Shown here: one piece after another, positions 60,872 through 64,000 of the stretch
Numbering within the stretch: position 1 is the stretch's first letter
How the letters are laid out: every line of letters begins with the position of its first letter
Source of the DNA: Lama glama
Taxonomy: Eukaryota
NCBI GenBank assembly: GCA_028534125.1
Contig: CM052816.1
Coordinates: 99,264,001-99,328,000 of the forward strand
Direction of reading: 5' to 3'
DNA length: 64,000 bases
The notes under the pieces: model-generated
Seen by the model: the letters and a program-made list of their open reading frames with translations, nothing else
Databases searched by the model: none
Told to the model about the DNA's origin: nothing
Made by a program: the position numbers and the translations under genes

Positions 60872-61426
60872 GGGCCATTATTTTGATATCATATCTAGGG
60901 AACATTTTTCTAACCCAAAATCTTGAAGATTTTTCTCCTTTGTTTTCTTCTAAAAGTTTTATTTTAGCTCTAGTATATAACTGCATGATCCATTTTGAAT
61001 TAATTTGTATCCTGTGAAGTGAGGGTCTAAGTTCACCTCTTTTGTATGTAGATCTAATTGCCCCAGCACCATTTGTTGAAGAGAACATTTGTTCTCAACG
61101 ATGACACTTTTGTCAAAAGGGAATTGACTGTAAATATACGGATTTTTTTTTTTCTGGAACGTCAGTTCTATTTCCTTAATCTACATGCATATCCTTCTGC
61201 CAGTACCACAGTCCCTTGATGATTGTAGCTTTATAGTAAATTTTGAAATCAGTAAACAAAAGTTCTCCAATTAAGACATTTTTTTCAAATTATTTTATGT
61301 TTTCTAGGTAAATTTGAATTTTCATATACATTTTAACATGGTCAATTTTGGGAAAAATCCAATCAGACATTTGATAAAAATTTGATATTCCATTGATTCT
61401 ACAGAACATTTTGAGGTGAATTGCCA

Positions 61427-61660
61427 TTTTTTTGTCTTTTATTGTCTTTGTTATTGAAGTGTAGATTATTTACAATGTTATATTACTTTCAAGTGTACAA
61501 TGTGGTGATTCAATATTTTATAGTTTACCCTACATTTAAAATTATTACAAAACGATGGCTATATTCCCCTGTGCTGTACAATATATCCTTGCTGCTTATT
61601 TATTTTATACCGAGTAGTCTGTGCCTCTTAATCCCATTCCCCTGTCTCATCCCACTTCCA
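61427..61660 (-). mobile_element. Short L1 3' end (artiodactyl type) inserted in the old L1
   Basis: 'ttattgaagtgtagattatttacaatgtt...ggctatattcccctgtgctgtacaatatatccttg'; the host L1 text resumes afterwards. Confidence 0.8.
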
Positions 61661-64000
61661 CCTTAATCATACTGACTTTTCCAATCTATGCACATGGAAT
61701 TATTCTCCATTTTAGATCTTCCTTAATGTTTTTCAGTAAAATATTATAACTTTCACTGTACAAGTCTGGCCCTTATAAAAATGTTTACCTTAGTTTTGTA
61801 CTATTTTAATGCTAATTGTAAATAAAAATGTGTTTCTCAGTTCTTTCCTGGATTTTTCATTGCCTGTATGTAAAAAAAGCAATTTTTTTCATACTGATCT
61901 TGTGTACTTGCAGCCTCACTATGCTTGATTATTAGTTCTAATAGTTTTTTTTTTGATGAGTTCTTAGAATTGTCTACAGTGGGATTATGTTGTCCACAAA
62001 ATAAATGGTTTTACTTTTTCCTTCTAATTTATGATCCCCTTTATTTCTGTTTTCTTGCCTAATATCAGTTTGCATTATTATTTACATTTTTAATTGCTTC
62101 TAACTTAATTTTCTTAAAATGTATGTTTATTCTTTCATCCTACTGAGAAAACGTGTTTCTTTTTTCTTTTTCTAACATATTTCCAAGTTCCAGTAATCTA
62201 ACACAAGCCTGTATATATTGAAACATAGGCATTAGGAGTTAGAATTCATATGTATTAATCGGGAACAATGTGATTGGATAGTATCTCCCAATGAATGTGT
62301 TAATTATTAAAAAGTCTTAGGTTTATTTCCTTTGTGTCTTGAATCTGAATTAACAATATGTTTCATAGCCTCAAACTCTCCTCTCCTCTTTCTTTACCCC
62401 TCCATTCTTCCCACCCTCCCTCTCTTTTCTTTTTCTCTTTTTGGTAGAAAAATGTGATGCACTCTTGATGGAAGAAATCCACTTTCACATTCTATTTAGC
62501 TGTTGATTAATTTGCATTACTGCGACTACAAAGACATGATTAACGTATTGCTGTCTTCCAGTTCTGAACCTCCGCAAGAGATAACAGCGAGAGCCTCTGC
62601 TGATACTTTATTCAATAGGGTCTGTTTATAACTTCAGCGGAAGCTGTGTTTTCATTTTAAAATGGCTGAAATCCAATTTATTTGGAAGAATTAGGATACA
62701 CGTTCCCCTTAGAACTGTCAGGCCACACAAGGAATAAAATGGAGCTTGACAGCGGTTTCTAGGGTCCCACGAGGAGGCATAAAAGCTGCTCTGGAAGGCG
62801 ACGGTGCTGGCACTCATTTTCAAAGGGTGCTTCAGAAGTTCATCAATTTGTTTCTAGTTAGGTAGTACACAGATGTCAGGTTTCTCCTTTGAACAGTCTT
62901 CAGGGCTGGAATGTTGCTTTATTATGAATAATATGAATATGAGGAAAATAAACCTCGGCTCTAAAAAAGGACTTGGGATCTCATTTTAGGAGGGAGGTGG
63001 AGAAACCAGGTTTGAAAGGACCTTCAGAAGCCTGAAAGGAGGTTGGCCATTGTAGCAGCCGCTGGGGAAGTCTGGGGATAATCAACCGAAGAGTGGTTTT
63101 CTGTCACTGGCAATTTCCTTTCCGTTTACTGGTGGAAAAATAAAGCCTTACCTGAGGTAATGTGCTATATAAAGGAAAACACTTAAAACTGTGGAATAAT
63201 CAGTATCTTCCAGAAGATTTCCCTGAAGGACGAAAAGATAAGAAATGTGACAAGACACAGCGAGGAGAATACTCAAATGCTGCTGAAAGGGAGATTTTTA
63301 GTTTATTTTCTGTTTCTGTTTTGCTTGGCTTTATTCGCGTGTTTCCAGTGTAAGGGAGGGCAGACACGGCAGACACAGCAGAGCTGCGTTAGTTACTGTG
63401 CACGTGGCGTTATGCATTGTATCTCCCTCATCAATCTAGGATAAGACTGCAGTTGTAGAAATATGGTCAAGATGAAAAAAGAAAACATTACTTTGCAAGA
63501 GAGCAAAGTAGAGCCGAGGTAGGAGGGATGGGCATAAGCCACCATTGAAGACTGAAAATACATGCGTAAGAAAGATTTAGACAGCAGCGTCCCTTACCTT
63601 CCTAGCAAACTATACATTTGCTTTTGTTCTGATGTCTTGACTGTTTGTTTTTCTTTTTTAAATCCAGTGTTCCACAAAGAAACGGACCAATCGTGTATTA
63701 TGACTCAATATAGTAACTCTAGTGTTCAGTCCAGCACCTAGAGATGCTCGCTGAGCTTCCATCCATGTGGGCAGACGTACATCTGCATATCAACAATTGC
63801 TCTGGTACAGACATTAAAAGAGTGGGATGTTATGAAATGTATTTTAAAAAGTATGTCAATCTCTCCCATGAAATATATTTTTAAAATTTATGTCAATGTG
63901 TCCATTCTGCCTTGAATAAATCCTACAGTATGCATGTTTTCTGAAGAATTCCTGCGTGCATAACACATGTATAAAGAGTACAATGCAGGTGTTTCAGTCC

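Larger units (their letters stand above)
60110..62070 (-). mobile_element. Old L1 ORF2 3' region hosting two younger L1 tails
   Basis: ORF 60233- contains MQIKTAVRYYYTHIRM...GTLLNCWWN; antisense ORF2 text continues to ~62070. Confidence 0.88.

Noticed and set aside
1..64000. Novel prokaryote-style system (CRISPR array, operon, defence island)
   Set aside because: The sequence is clearly mammalian. I saw no repeat-spacer array, gene-dense region or long ORF; the longest is 195 aa and lies in an L2 remnant.

Overview
Mammalian nuclear DNA, most likely camelid: it has two tRNA-Ala-derived Vic-1-type SINEs and young L1 3' ends, and I saw no Alu, PRE-1 or Bov-tA. I recognise no protein-coding gene. 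The only ORFs matching a known protein are LINE-1 ORF2 remnants; the rest look like chance ORFs. Much of the window is interspersed repeat (nested L1s, L2, MIR, CR1-like fragments, MaLR/ERVL LTRs, microsatellites, a 1.1-kb decayed hexamer tract). The main functional landmark is a CpG-island region (~15.2-15.6 kb and ~18.9-20.7 kb) with strong splice donors on both strands, CTCF-like motifs, paired TACGTG elements and several candidate non-coding exons. This fits the 5' end or an internal promoter of a long-intron gene I cannot name, possibly with a divergent transcript. I cannot support a new biological system. The best-supported unusual structures are mechanistic: a twin-primed L1 with an inverted duplication, a 28-bp locally templated insertion, and candidate AG|GT recursive splice sites. 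Repeat boundaries and subfamily names are by eye from recalled consensus and are approximate.
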